A stretch of DNA of 64,000 nt from Chiloscyllium plagiosum (lineage: Eukaryota), in the NCBI RefSeq assembly GCF_004010195.1, contig NC_057716.1, positions 10,784,064 through 10,848,063 on the forward strand, in the 5' to 3' direction. This document shows, piece by piece, positions 1-12,500 of this stretch (its first letter is position 1; every line of letters begins with the position of its first letter). Under the pieces are notes generated by a model. The model was not told where the DNA came from. It saw only the letters and a list, made by a program, of their open reading frames with translations, and did no database searches. The translations under genes were made by a program, and so were the position numbers.

Positions 1-172
1 ACGCTAAATGTCTTCAAGGCAGAGATTGATAAATTCTTGATGTCACAAGGAATTAAGGGCTATGGGGAGAATGCGGGTAAGTGGAGTTGAAATGCCCATC
101 AGCCATGATTGAATGGCAGAGTGGACTCGATGGGCCGAATGGCCTTACTTCCGCTCCTATGTCTTATGGTCT
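1..172 (+). mobile_element. CR1-type LINE 3' end
   Basis: FKAEIDKFL-type ORF2 C-terminus, 3' UTR and a TCTTATG-repeat tail; same tail as 21722-22155. Confidence 0.7.
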
Positions 173-917
173 TAATCAATGTCATTTTGGTGTATACTAC
201 CTGACACTTATTTCTAATGTAGCTGAAGTTGTATTGTAATATTAAATAAAACAAGAGAAAGGCAGATGGTGGTTGTACTGAAATGAGATTGAGAATCAGA
301 GATCAACAATTGCATCCAGATTTTGGGAAGAGAGGAATGGCAGCACAGTACTAGAGAGTTGAGCGTTACTTTTCTGTAAATTGAAATGTAAATAACACAT
401 TTACTGGAACCTCTGAGTGTTAGACCGTAATAGCTCTAAGAGAAAAGCAGAGATGCAGTAGATCAGATTAGGAACAGTCTAGATAATGAGAGCTATCTCA
501 AGAGTGACATGATGCCTTTTCAAACTGAAAACCATTTGATTGGATTGGCCATGTTACTCCACTATTTAAGAAAATTGACAGAGGAAAACCATAGACTGAT
601 TGCCCAGTGACCTTGGCATCTGTTCTTGGGAAGTTATAAGAAACCATCATTGAAGATAGATTAACGATACACATGGAAATTTTCAACTGATCAGAAACAA
701 CCTGTTTGGATTTGTGAAGACTAGGTCATGGCTGGCAAATTTGACTTTGAAAATATGAATCAAGTAGTGGTCAGATGAATGGAAGAAGGCAAGTTCATAA
801 AAATTAAGAGCCAATGGAGGCCATTCAGCACCAGAAGCCTGCTCATCTATTCAATAAGAGCATAGCCAATTTCACTGTGGCCTCAACTTACTCTCCTGTC
901 TCCTCCACAACTCATTG

Positions 918-1668
918 AATCATAGAGTCATAGAGATGTACAGCACAGAAACAGACCATTCGGTCCAACCTGTCCATGCCGACCAGATATCCCAATCTGG
1001 TCCCACCTGCCAGCACCTGGACCATATCCCTCCAAACCCTTCCTATTCATATACCCATCCAGATGCCTTTTATATGTTGCAATTGTACCAGCCTCCACCA
1101 CTTCCTCTGGCAGCTCATTCCGCACACACACACACCACCCTCTGTGTGAAAAGGTTGCCCGGTAGGTCTCTTTTATACCTTTCCCTCTCACCCTAAACCT
1201 GTGCGTTCTAGTTCTGGACTCCCTCACCTCAGGGAAAATACCTTGTCTATTTATCCTGTCCATACCCCTCATGATTTTATAATCCTCTATAAGGTCACCC
1301 CTCAGCCTCCAACACTCCAGGGAAAACAGCCCCAGCCTATTCAACTCTCCCTATATCTCAAATCCTCCAACACTGGCAAACATCCTTTAAATCGTTTCTG
1401 AATCCTTTCAAGTTTCACAACATCCTTCCGATAGGAAGGAGACCAGATGCAAACTCCACACAGTCAGTCGCCTGAGGCGGGAATTGAACCTGGGTCTCTG
1501 GCGCTGTGAGGCAGCAGTGCTAACCACTGTGCCACCGTGCCGCTGCCTTCTTCACTCCTATCTGCCTTCGATCCCACTTTCAAGGAGCTATGACCCTTCA
1601 CTCCAAGGTCCCTTTGTTCAGCAAAAAACACTCCCTCAGACCTTACCATTAAGTGTATAAGTCCTGCT
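918..1668 (-). mobile_element. CR1/HER1-type LINE 3' fragment, interrupted by a SINE piece at 1448-1543
   Basis: ORF 928-1344 reads [22 protein letters not shown] and ends in a (CTCTATGA)n tail. Confidence 0.85.
1448..1543 (-). mobile_element. HE1-type V-SINE 5' fragment
   Basis: tRNA-like head with A box (TGGCACAGTGG) and B box (GGTTCAATTCC). Confidence 0.8.
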
Positions 1669-2210
1669 GCTTGCTGCCTTACAGATATTTAGATTCTATT
1701 AAAATTTCCCATAAAAGACGTCTAGTCAAAGTTGAAATTCTTGTGATTGAAAATTATTAGTCTGTTAGAGAAACAGGTGGAAGGGAATCAGGTTTAATGG
1801 GAATGTACCCAAAACAGCAGAATGTGACCTGTGAGAAACTGTATTGATCACAAATATTCGGCGTATTTATTAATAAGTTGGATCATCCAAAATTTCAAAT
1901 TTTATAGAAACTAGACCATAGGCAGTATTGTAAACAAAATCAATGGAAGCATGTAATTACAGAAATGATGATAAGTGAATGGGAAAATATGGGACAAGTG
2001 CATTTCAGTGTAGATGGCATAAGGTCATTTGGTTGGGATTTATGGCAGATAGAGCATACCATAATACCATGAAGTGTGGGAGCAGAAATAGGCCATTCAG
2101 CCCATTGAATCTGCTCCACCATTCAATGAGATTATGGCTGATCTGCTCATGTGTCGGCACAGGCTTGGAGGGCTGAAGGAGCTGTTCTTGTGCTATTTTG
2201 TATTTTTTTT

Positions 2211-2530
2211 ATTAGATGCCCTACCGTGTGGAAACAGGCACTTCGTCCTAACACCGACCCTCTGAAGGGCAACCCACCCAGACCCATTTCCCTACATTTA
2301 CCCCTGACTAATGCACATAACACTATGGGCAATTTAGCATAGCCAATTCACCTAACCTTCACATCTTTGGACTGTGGGAGGAAACCGGAGCACTCGGAAG
2401 AAAGCCGGAGCACCAGGCAGACACAGGGAGAATGTGCAAACTGCACACAGGCAATCGCCCGAGGCTGGAATAGAACCTGGGTCCCTGGTGCTGTGAGGCA
2501 GAAGTGCTAACCACTGAGCCACCGTGCCGC
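2211..2530 (-). mobile_element. HE1-type V-SINE
   Basis: tRNA head, V-domain-like core (TTTGCACATTCTCCC...GGTTTCCTCCCACAGTCCAAAGATGTG) and LINE-like tail. Confidence 0.85.
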
Positions 2531-2815
2531 CTCGTGCTGTTTGTTCCTTGTTCTTTATAAATCCTCAACTCCACTTTCCTGCCTTTTCCCTTTAACCCCT
2601 GATTCCCTAGTGATTAAAAATCTATGTCTCTGTCTTGAAATACATAATAACCCAGCCTCTATCGTGCTCAGCAGTAAAGAATTCCACAGATTAATTCTGA
2701 GAATTAGATTTGGTTCAACTCAACTTTATTTATAAAACATTTTTATTAAAAACACAATAGCAGCATTTCCCAAATTCACGCAATATTTGCTCTTTATTTA
2801 GCTCTCTCCATGTGA

Positions 2816-3260
2816 GGAGAAAGTGAGGACTGCAGATGCTGGAGTACCAGAGTTGAAAAATGTGGTGCTGGAAAAACACAGCAGGCCAGGCAGCATCCGA
2901 GGAGCAGGAGAATCGACGTTTCGGGCGTAAGCCCTTCTACAGGAATGAGGCTGGTGTGCCAAGCGGGCCGAGATAAAAGGTAGGGGGGAGGGAATTTTGG
3001 GGAGGGGCGCTGGGAATACGATAGGTGGAAGGAGGTGAGGGTGAAGNNNNNNNNNNNNNNNNNNNNNNNNNNNNNNNNNNNNNNNNNNNNNNNNNNNNNN
3101 NNNNNNCCCCCAAATTCCCTCCCCACTACCTTTTATCTCAGCCCGCTTGGCACACCAGCCTCATTCCTGTAGAAGGACTTATGCCCGAAACGTCGATTCT
3201 CCTGCTCCTCGGATGCTGACTGGCCTGCTGTGTTTTTCCAGCACCACATTTTTCAACTCT
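2816..3260. mobile_element. Penelope-like (PLE) derived inverted-repeat insertion, with a gap in the centre
   Basis: The arms are reverse complements of each other. 17-bp TSD with 1 mismatch (2802-2818 / 3257-3273). Hammerhead-like core in both arms (CUGUAGA variant). Confidence 0.75.
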
Positions 3261-3472
3261 CTCCATATGAGGAAGGATATTACCTGCAATAATCCACTTG
3301 TTTGAGCTGGGTCATTGGAATCATCTTCCTCTCTGACCTAGGGTTCACTCTCTTCCCTGAAGATGGATCTTGCAGGTCAGGATGGATCTCCTCTCTCTCT
3401 TTCCAGGTTGTTAGAGCTCTACTGCTGGGCCAGGTTGAGTCTTCATTGAGTCTTCACAGGGTCTTCGCACTT

Positions 3473-3598
3473 GGAGACAGTGAGGTCTGCAGATGCTGAA
3501 GATCAGAGTTGAGAGTGTGTTACTGGAAAAGCACAGCAGGTCACCAGCATCTGAGGAGCAGGACAATTGATGTTTTGGGCCTGAGCCCTTCATCAGGA
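3473..3598 (-). mobile_element. short PLE-derived element with a decayed hammerhead
   Basis: Same 125-bp unit as 2816, 14878 and 62387. The core at 3569-3596 has GAAA changed to AAAA. Confidence 0.7.
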
Positions 3599-5620
3599 TT
3601 CTCACTGGAAGTCTGGCTTCCATGTGTGTGTTTTTTATCCATCCTTAGATCTTCTAGAATATTCTGTGGCCTTTGGCCATAGGGATCATGAGCAAGATTC
3701 TAAGCATCCAATGGGGTTGCACGAACAGCCTTCACTGTTGCTGTGAAATGCACATACTCAGGTAGTCAAGATGCCAGAATATCTGATCAACACTTCTCCA
3801 GTACACAATCTTCAGGCTGGTTGAAACTAGTTCTCCTGTAACTTGTTTGACTTTGGTTTCCACTGTTGTCTGTAGCTGCTGGCTGCTGCTTAATTTAGTT
3901 TGGCTAATTTTCTATCTGTCTCAATTTCTCTGGTTGTCGGTCAATTTTGAATGTCCAATTTTGGACCCGTTTCCATCCTGTTGATCACTTGAAACTTCTG
4001 GTGAAAATGTGATCATGGGCTCAGAACACACTCTTGTGCAGGCATGTATCAAATCTCAGATGGTGAGCTGAACTTACTGAGTATCTGGTTTCCTCACTAT
4101 ACATAGACAAAAATATCTTATACACAAACCATCTTCCTTACACACATAATGAGCCTAACAGGATTTTTTTTACAAATAACTTAATATATAAATTGAGAAT
4201 TAACCACTATTTATATACATTGCCTCTTTGGCAGTTAGCTGTACTCGATAGGGTAAAATTGATTCCGTGCAACAATTTACCTTTCACGATGCAGTCTATG
4301 TTCATTAACCTCTTGGCTCCCGCTTTAGGAGCACAGAGTTTGTAGTTAGTTTCAGGATGAGTTCCTTCTTTCAACAAACAAATTTCACTGTGAGGAGGGT
4401 GAGGTAGATTAAAGTAAAGAGGATGAACAACACATCCAGGTGTGATAGGAGTCGTACCCATGGGGGTGCCTGCATGTTTGAGCCACAGTGCCAGAGCTCT
4501 TCCCACCAATTAGTCACTTTGTTTTCCCTGGTATTCTTTTGAATTTGCTCTGTCTGCTGAATGACTGGAGTAAAAACTTTATGTACACTTGCCCATTGTG
4601 TCTGAACCTACTGTAATTTTTCTGCCATGAGTTCAATGCTGGTGTCCCAGTGATTCCATAATGTTTGTCTGAGTTTGTCACTGACATTGACAATATCTCA
4701 ATCCTCATGTAGATGTCTGTGAGCTTGATTCCATCTAACCTGGCTGGTATGTGTGGTGTTTTTGGATGTTACATACAAAGATCCCATCCTGATAGTGTTT
4801 TCTGGAAGTTGTGATATAGTATTCTCCCTTCCTTCTACACATTGCCCTGGTAGTGTCTGTGTTCAGGCTCTAGTTCTCTACAGTACAATTTAGAACGTTG
4901 TTTGTCTGAAAACCATACAAGGCATGTTCATTTGAATATACAGGGTAGGGGCACATGGTGACTTCTTTAATCTGCTGACCTTTATCCAGAGTGGTACTTA
5001 TGAGCCTTCCCTCTTTCTCAACAGCACATAGAAGGGTGGCATTGAGTTCTAATCATGCTCCACCTCAGATAATGCCAACATTTTCCATCTTGAAGACTTA
5101 GAACCTATAGACACATGGAAACTCTTTAACCAGTCAATATGCAAGGGAAGCAGACCAACATGTGAGACATGGGAATCTGCTTTCCTCCAATACATGATAG
5201 TGCCAAGCTTTCCAAATATCAGCCCTTCCCCTCACCTCCCAACACGTTTCTCTACACCCCTTATAGAGTGAACATGAGCTCCACGATCAGACCCAGATGT
5301 GGCAAAGCAAAGGGGAACCTCTTCCACAACCCATGTCACCATCTCTTCAAATGACTTGCTTGATCCGTGTGTTACATATAATGTCTAGTTTTATGTTGGT
5401 CACCCTGTTATGCAGAAAACACCTAAGTCTTTTCCTCATCACTGATGGAAAATCTAGTTTCATTGGAAACAATTTAAACCACTGGGACAACCTCATGACC
5501 CTTTAAGTAAGATATCCTTCTCAGTTCAAAGTTAAAAATCACACAACACCAGGTTATAGTCCAACAGGTTTAATTGGAAGCACACTAGCTTTTGGAGCGA
5601 CGCTCCTTCATCAGGTGATA

Positions 5621-7281
5621 GACAATAGACAATAGACAATAGGTGCAGGAGTAGGCCATTCAGCCCTTTGAGCCTCCACCGCCATTCAACATGATCATGG
5701 CTGATCATTCCTAATCAGTATCCTGTTCCTGCCTTATCTCCATAACCCTTGATTCCACTATCTTTGAGAACTCTATCCAACTCTTTCTTAAATGAATCCA
5801 GAGACTGGGTCTCCACTGCCCTCTGGGGCAGAGCATTCCACACAGCCACCACTCACTGGGTGAAGAAGTTTCTCCTGAGCTCTGTCCTAAATGGTCTACC
5901 CAGTATTTCTAAGCTGTGTCCTCTGGTTCGGCACTCACCCATCAGTGGAAATATGTTTCCCATTGCCAGAGTGTCCAATCCTTTCATAATCTTATACGTC
6001 TCAGTCAGATCCCCTCTCAGTCTTCGAAACTCANNNNNNNNNNNNNNNNNNNNNNNNNNNNNNNNNNNNNNNNNNNNNNNNNNNNNNNNNNNNNNNNNNN
6101 NNNNNNNNNNNNNNNNNNNNNNNNNNNNNNNNNNNNNNNNNNNNNNNNNNNNNNNNNNNNNNNNNNNNNNNNNNNNNNNNNNNNNNNNNNNNNNNNNNNN
6201 NNNNNNNNNNNNNNNNNNNNNNNNNNNNNNNNNNNNNNNNNNNNNNNNNNNNNNNNNNNNNNNNNNNNNNNNNNNNNNNNNNNNNNNNNNNNNNNNNNNN
6301 NNNNNNNNNNNNNNNNNNNNNNNNNNNNNNNNNNNNNNNNNNNNNNNNNNNNNNNNNNNNNNNNNNNNNNNNNNNNNNNNNNNNNNNNNNNNNNNNNNNN
6401 NNNNNNNNNNNNNNNNNNNNNNNNNNNNNNNNNNNNNNNNNNNNNNNNNNNNNNNNNNNNNNNNNNNNNNNNNNNNNNNNNNNNNNNNNNNNNNNNNNNN
6501 NNNNNNNNNNNNNNNNNNNNNNNNNNNNNNNNNNNNNNNNNNNNNNNNNNNNNNNNNNNNNNNNNNNNNNNNNNNNNNNNNNNNNNNNNNNNNNNNNNNN
6601 NNNNNNNNNNNNNNNNNNNNNNNNNNNNNNNNNNNNNNNNNNNNNNNNNNNNNNNNNNNNNNNNNNNNNNNNNNNNNNNNNNNNNNNNNNNNNNNNNNNN
6701 NNNNNNNNNNNNNNNNNNNNNNNNNNNNNNNNNNNNNNNNNNNNNNNNNNNNNNNNNNNNNNNNNNNNNNNNNNNNNNNNNNNNNNNNNNNNNNNNNNNN
6801 NNNNNNNNNNNNNNNNNNNNNNNNNNNNNNNNNNNNNNNNNNNNNNNNNNNNNNNNNNNNNNNNNNNNNNNNNNNNNNNNNNNNNNNNNNNNNNNNCTTT
6901 CCCACCACTGAGGTCAGATTAACTGGTCTATAATTTCCTGCTTTCTCTCTCCCACCTTTCTTGAAAAGTGGTATAACATTAGCCACCCTCCACTCCTCAG
7001 GAACCGACCCCGAATCTATCGAACTCTGGAAAACAATTACCAACGCATCCACGATTTCTCGAGCCACCTCCTTCAGTACCCTGGGATGTAGACCATCAGG
7101 CCCCGGAGATTTATCAACATTCAGACCTAACAGTCTCTCCAACACCAAATCCTGGCAAATATTAATTCCCTTAAGTTCAGGTCCTTCAGCCACTGTTACC
7201 TCAGGGAGATTGCTTGTGTCTTCCCCAGTGAACACAGATCTGAAGTACCCATTTAATTCCTCTGCCATTTCTTTGTTCCCC
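5621..7281 (-). mobile_element. CR1 LINE ORF2 (RT), 5'-truncated, gap at 6034-6896
   Basis: KSPGPDGLHPRVLKE...NYRPVNLTSVVGK and EFRRLRGDL; (CTATTGT)n tail; flanked by GTGATA at 5615-5620 and 7282-7287. Confidence 0.88.
6034..6896. other. assembly gap (other gaps at 3047-3106 and 10758-11298)
   Basis: Runs of N, all inside repeats. Confidence 1.
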
Positions 7282-8076
7282 GTGATAATGGAGGGCTCAA
7301 TCCTAACACAGAATTTGTAGCAAAAATTTACAGTATGATGTAACTGAAATTATACATTGAAAAATTGATTGTCTGTTAAGCCTTTCATCTGTTAGAATAC
7401 AGTGATAGTTTCACTTCTTTCATGTGTAAATCACAAAACCTTTTTTTAAAAAAGTTGCATTCTCGGGTTAGCTGTTAACAATGGTGATAACTAGACAATA
7501 TGTTCTCAGTTCAGTTGTGCTTATTTTGCTTACAGCACAATCCCGCAGTATTTTTAAGTTGGTGCCTCTGTCAGATTGTCGAATTAATTTTATTCGGCCA
7601 CATCCACAAATGCCAGCTGGTTGTGTTAACTATCTAGTCATCCAGGATATGTTGACTGAATGGATACAGGGTTTCCCAGTAGATGCCAACATAGTTTTAA
7701 TTGCAGCTTGTGTATTTTTGATAAGGTAATCTACATGGTGGAGATACCACTATGGATGGACAGCCATCAAGGTGGCATATCTTGCAGGGAACATGTTAGT
7801 TTTAGGGTTTTTTTTAATTCTTACATGGCTGAGTGAGTGTCATTAGCTGGATCAGACTTTATGTCGTATTGCTAATTGCATGTGAGAAGTTGGTTAAGAA
7901 ACTTCCCCTCGATGCACAGTAGCCACCTGTGCGCTCACAATGGTATAAGGATTCCAGGTTTTCAATAAAGTTGCAGTGAATTGATTGTTAAAATAGTTCA
8001 AAGTCAGGATAACATATGATTTACATATGGTTGTCTTTCCATCTGTCTGATGCTATTGTACTGCTAAGTGATAGTG

Positions 8077-8742
8077 GCTCCTTATAAGTGGAGTCACAGG
8101 TAGATACTATAATGAAGATGGCGTTTGGTATGAGTATTGAGTACAGGAGTTGGGAGGTCATGTTGCGGCTGTACAGTACATTGGTTAGGCCACTGTTGGA
8201 ATATTGTGTGCAATTCTGATCTCCTTCCTATCGGAAAGATGTTGTGAAACTTGAAAGGATTCAGAAAAGATTTACAAGGATGTTGCCAGGGTTGGAGGAT
8301 TTGAGCTACAGGGGAGAGGCTGAACAGGCTGGGGCTGTTTTCCCTGGAACGACGGAGGCTGAGGGGTGACCTTATCGAGGTTTACAAAATTATGAGGGGC
8401 ATGGATAGGGTAAATGGACAAAGTCTTTTCCCTGGTGCGGGGGAATCCAGAACTAGAGGACATAGGTTTAGGATGAGAGGGGAAAGAGAGCTAAGGGGCA
8501 ATGTTTTCACGCAGAGGATGGTATGTGTGTGGAATGAGCTGCCAGAGGAAGTGGCGGAGGCTGGTACAATTGCAACACTTAAAAGGCATTTGGATGGGTG
8601 TATGAATAGGAAAGGTTTGGAGGGATATGGGCTGGGTGCTGGCAGGTGAGACTAGATTGGGTTAGGATATCTGGTCGGCATGGATAAGTTGGACCAAAGG
8701 GTCTGTTTCCATGCTGTACTCTATTATTCTATTACTCTATGA
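8077..8742 (+). mobile_element. CR1/HER1-type LINE 3' fragment
   Basis: Same family as 918, with the VWNELPEEV motif; inserted in an older LINE. Confidence 0.85.
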
Positions 8743-9526
8743 TGGGTTTGTAAGATGCTATCGAAGAGACTTGATGGTATAATGATAGTGTACAATACTG
8801 GTCAGAATGCAGTCAATATTTAAGGTGATGAATGGGATGTTAATCAAGCAAGCTGCTTCTTGGTGGAGGAATTAAACAGAATTCACACATTTCCTATCAT
8901 TATAAAAGACCATGACTAGAAGCTTGATAAACTGGAATATTTGGCAAAGTGACACCAAATTGAAACTGTATTGATAGATCATGCTAATGATGGTTTAAAA
9001 TAACAGTTTGGTGCTACATGCCACTAATCACAATTTCAACATGTCTGGAAGTGTTAAATAGGGCCACATTTACCAACTAACTGCTGATTAGACATAACTT
9101 TCGTGGAGATGGATTTGCACTCCAAGCACTCATCTTCACCCAAGCAGTAGCATGCACTGACTCTCCCAAAGTTGGGTTTTGCAAGATGGCTAAAGCACAG
9201 AGCCAGCTTCTCAGACGTGTTTTTGGAGGAGATACTGAGGACAAAGGATTCGCTGCCTGACGTCTTCCTGTTGATATTAGCCCAGGTGAGGGGAAGACCC
9301 AGCAAGATGGCCTTGGACAAAATATCATTCTTACTGACGTATCTTACAAAGTGTCCCAAATGACGCAGTTGCACAATGTCTAATCTTTTTACATAAGGAT
9401 CTCAGAGAACTTCTGAATATAATTCCCTATTTTTAACATTATGGTCTCAAATTCATAAAAGTTTTGTGCTAACAGAGGCACAAAAACATAATTCAAAGAT
9501 AAGAAATCAGTTCTAATGAAAGGACA

Positions 9527-9532
9527 TTTATT
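9527..9532 (-). terminator. polyadenylation signal of copy 1
   Basis: AATAAA about 48 nt after the stop codon; an equivalent signal follows every copy. Confidence 0.7.
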
Positions 9533-9579
9533 TATGTTTCAGAACATTTCTGCACGCCAAAATCTAGTTCAACGAGGAA

Positions 9580-12500
9580 TTAGAAATCCCTCATGCGCCT
9601 GAAAGATCCGATAGTTGCACTGTAGCCTCCCCAGTCACTGTATCTCCTGTATTCACCGGGCCTCATGAAGTACTGGCGCCCTCTGTAGTTGGGATGCTCA
9701 TAGAAGATCCAGTAACCGTCCATCACATGGCAGGAGTGGATGTCACGGTAACGGAAACGATCGTAGACAGATGGACAGTCATCCATGAATTCCATCATCT
9801 GTCCTCCAAAGTCAGGCCTCTCGTAAATCTTCATTCTGTAGGACCCTCCTCGGTACTGGAATAGAAAGAAATGAAAGATTTATGACATAGCTATGTTGGT
9901 TTGACATTGAGCAGAGTACATGTTAATGATGGGATCAGAGGATCATAAGAACTGGGGTGAGTCGTTGTGCCCTTCAAGCCTGTTCCAACATTCAAGAAGC
10001 TTGTGGCTGATTTGTGATGTAATCCCATATTCTTGCCTTCACTCAATTTCATTTAATAACTTTGCCTAACCAAAATAACCATTGATCTGGCATTACCTTT
10101 TGAAAAAAAAACCTACATCTCCCACTCTTAGCAAGCAGGATGGTGTGCTAAGTTCAGCCTGAAAGATCGAGCTCTAATTTTCTCAACACGTTCCCTATAC
10201 TCCCCAAACAGCAGAAATAATTTGGATGCGAGCATAAGAGGTACAGTTAGTAAGTTTGCAGGCGACACCAAAATTGGAGGTAGTGGACAGTGAAGAGGGT
10301 TACCTCAGATTACAACAGGATCTGGACCAGATGGGCCAATGGGCTGAGAAGTGGCAGATGGAGTTTAATTCAGATAAATGCGAGGTGCTTCATTTTGGGA
10401 AAGCAAATCTTAGCAAGAAGTACACACTTAATGGTAAGGTCCTAGGGAGTGTTGCTGAACAAAGAGACCTTGGAGTGCAGGTTCATAGCTCCTTGAAAGT
10501 GGAGTCGCAGGTAGATAGAATAGTGAAGAAGGCGTTTGGCATGCTTTGGAGAAAGTGAGGACTGCAGATGCAGTCTATCTGTAGATAGTCAGACTATCTG
10601 TAGATAGTCAGAGTTGAAAAATGTGGTGCTGAAAAAGCGCAGCAGGCCAGGCAGCATCCAAGAAGTAGGAGAATCAACGTTTCGGGCATTAGCCCTTCTT
10701 CAGGAATGAGGCTGGTGTGCCAAGCGGGCTGAGATAAAAGGTGTGGGGGGGTGGAGGNNNNNNNNNNNNNNNNNNNNNNNNNNNNNNNNNNNNNNNNNNN
10801 NNNNNNNNNNNNNNNNNNNNNNNNNNNNNNNNNNNNNNNNNNNNNNNNNNNNNNNNNNNNNNNNNNNNNNNNNNNNNNNNNNNNNNNNNNNNNNNNNNNN
10901 NNNNNNNNNNNNNNNNNNNNNNNNNNNNNNNNNNNNNNNNNNNNNNNNNNNNNNNNNNNNNNNNNNNNNNNNNNNNNNNNNNNNNNNNNNNNNNNNNNNN
11001 NNNNNNNNNNNNNNNNNNNNNNNNNNNNNNNNNNNNNNNNNNNNNNNNNNNNNNNNNNNNNNNNNNNNNNNNNNNNNNNNNNNNNNNNNNNNNNNNNNNN
11101 NNNNNNNNNNNNNNNNNNNNNNNNNNNNNNNNNNNNNNNNNNNNNNNNNNNNNNNNNNNNNNNNNNNNNNNNNNNNNNNNNNNNNNNNNNNNNNNNNNNN
11201 NNNNNNNNNNNNNNNNNNNNNNNNNNNNNNNNNNNNNNNNNNNNNNNNNNNNNNNNNNNNNNNNNNNNNNNNNNNNNNNNNNNNNNNNNNNNNNNNNNAT
11301 GCTTTCCTTTATTGGTCAGAGTATTGAGTACAGGAGTTGGGAGATCATGTTGTGGCTGTACAGGACATTGGTTAGGCCACTGTTGGAATATTGCATGCAA
11401 TTCTGGTCTCCTTCCTATTGGAAAAATGTTGTGAAACTTGAAAGGGTTCAGAAAAGATTTACAAGGATGTTGCCAGAGTTGGAGGATCTGAGCTACAGGG
11501 AGAGGCTGAACAGGCTGGGGCTGTTTTCCCTGGAGCGTTGGAGGCTGAGGGGTGACCTTATCGAGGTCTACAAAATTATGAGGGGCATGGATAGGATAAA
11601 TAGTCAAAATCTTTTCCCTGAGGTCGGGGAGTCCAGAACTAGAGGGCAACTTTTTCACGTAGAAGGTGGTACATGTACGGAATGACCTGCCAGAGGATGT
11701 GGTGGAGGCTGGTAGAATTGCAACAGTTAAGAGGCATTTGAATGGGTATATGAATAGGAAGTGTTTGGAGGGATATGGGCCGGGTGCTGGCAGGTGGGAC
11801 TAGATTGGGTTGGGATATCTGATTGGTGTGGACGGGTTGGACCGAAGGGTCTGTTTCTGTGCTGTACATCTCTATGACTCTAGTCTATTATTCTAATTCC
11901 TCTCTATTTTACCTCTTATTCCATTATACAGCGTCAAACCTCCATCACACCCAAGACAAACTCTAATCTCTCATCAGACTAATGATAAGGCCAGGTTAAA
12001 ACCTTCATGACAAAAGCAATCGAAAATGGTTTGTTTTGAATTCAACTGTTGGGGAAGACATGGCTTAGCTCAAGTCTCAGTGGACTCGGAAGTCAAGAAG
12101 ATGATTACTTATCATGTTTGTTTTTATAGATAAATGCCATTGTATTTTCATTGCTTATTTGATTTGAGAGATCTCTAAACTTTGCATCAACTACGAGGGG
12201 AGCAGAAGATAATCTCGGCAGTTTGCTTCAGTGCAATGTTTCCGTGTGAGATAGTTGACATGTGGTGCCAGCCTTAGCTTTAAATAAGTTGCTCTCTGAT
12301 ATAACTTGATGTGTTCTCCCATTATTTTAGTGCCTACTTTACTGTAATTATGTATGCACTCTATATATTGCCCTTCACAAGTGATTTTTCATTGGGATTT
12401 TGTTCAGAGATTGTCCTGATTGATCACCATTTGAGAAGACTGAGAAAAATCCATCCATCAGTCACTCCTTCCCCTTGCTCCTATCAAGATAATGACATTC

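Larger units (their letters stand above)
5528..7505 (-). mobile_element. PLE family-2 3' end (5528-5620 plus 7288-7505) split by a CR1 insertion
   Basis: 5528-5615 is the reverse complement of the 52801-52886 / 59913-59990 unit. Confidence 0.6.
10221..11882 (+). mobile_element. CR1 LINE RT fragment in intron 2 of copy 1, interrupted by a PLE (10548-10757) and a gap
   Basis: [24 protein letters not shown] and [13 protein letters not shown] motifs. Confidence 0.85.

Noticed and set aside
2915-3194. Hammerhead-like cores in both arms
   Set aside because: The core is CUGUAGA (conserved A6 lost), so it is not called a functional ribozyme. Copies at 3569, 5587, 16737, 28027 and 33443 also have core mutations.
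9054-9374. Overlapping short ORFs downstream of copy 1 (similar at 39324-39791)
   Set aside because: No recognisable domain, and the frames are not conserved between the paralogous flanks.
9401-9418. GAA/TTC array resembling a heat-shock (HSF4) element, also at 27094 and 39580
   Set aside because: Spacing does not fit nGAAnnTTCn in copies 1 and 3; only copy 2 has one proper TTCTAGAA pair.
10575-10612. 19-bp tandem duplication containing a hairpin (CTATCT-GT-AGATAG)
   Set aside because: Only two units inside a repeat; most likely slippage or a repair scar, and not a CRISPR-like array.
5749-11685. Long ORFs of 190-470 aa in the ORF track
   Set aside because: They are artefacts of translating through N gaps; the real parts are CR1 fragments.
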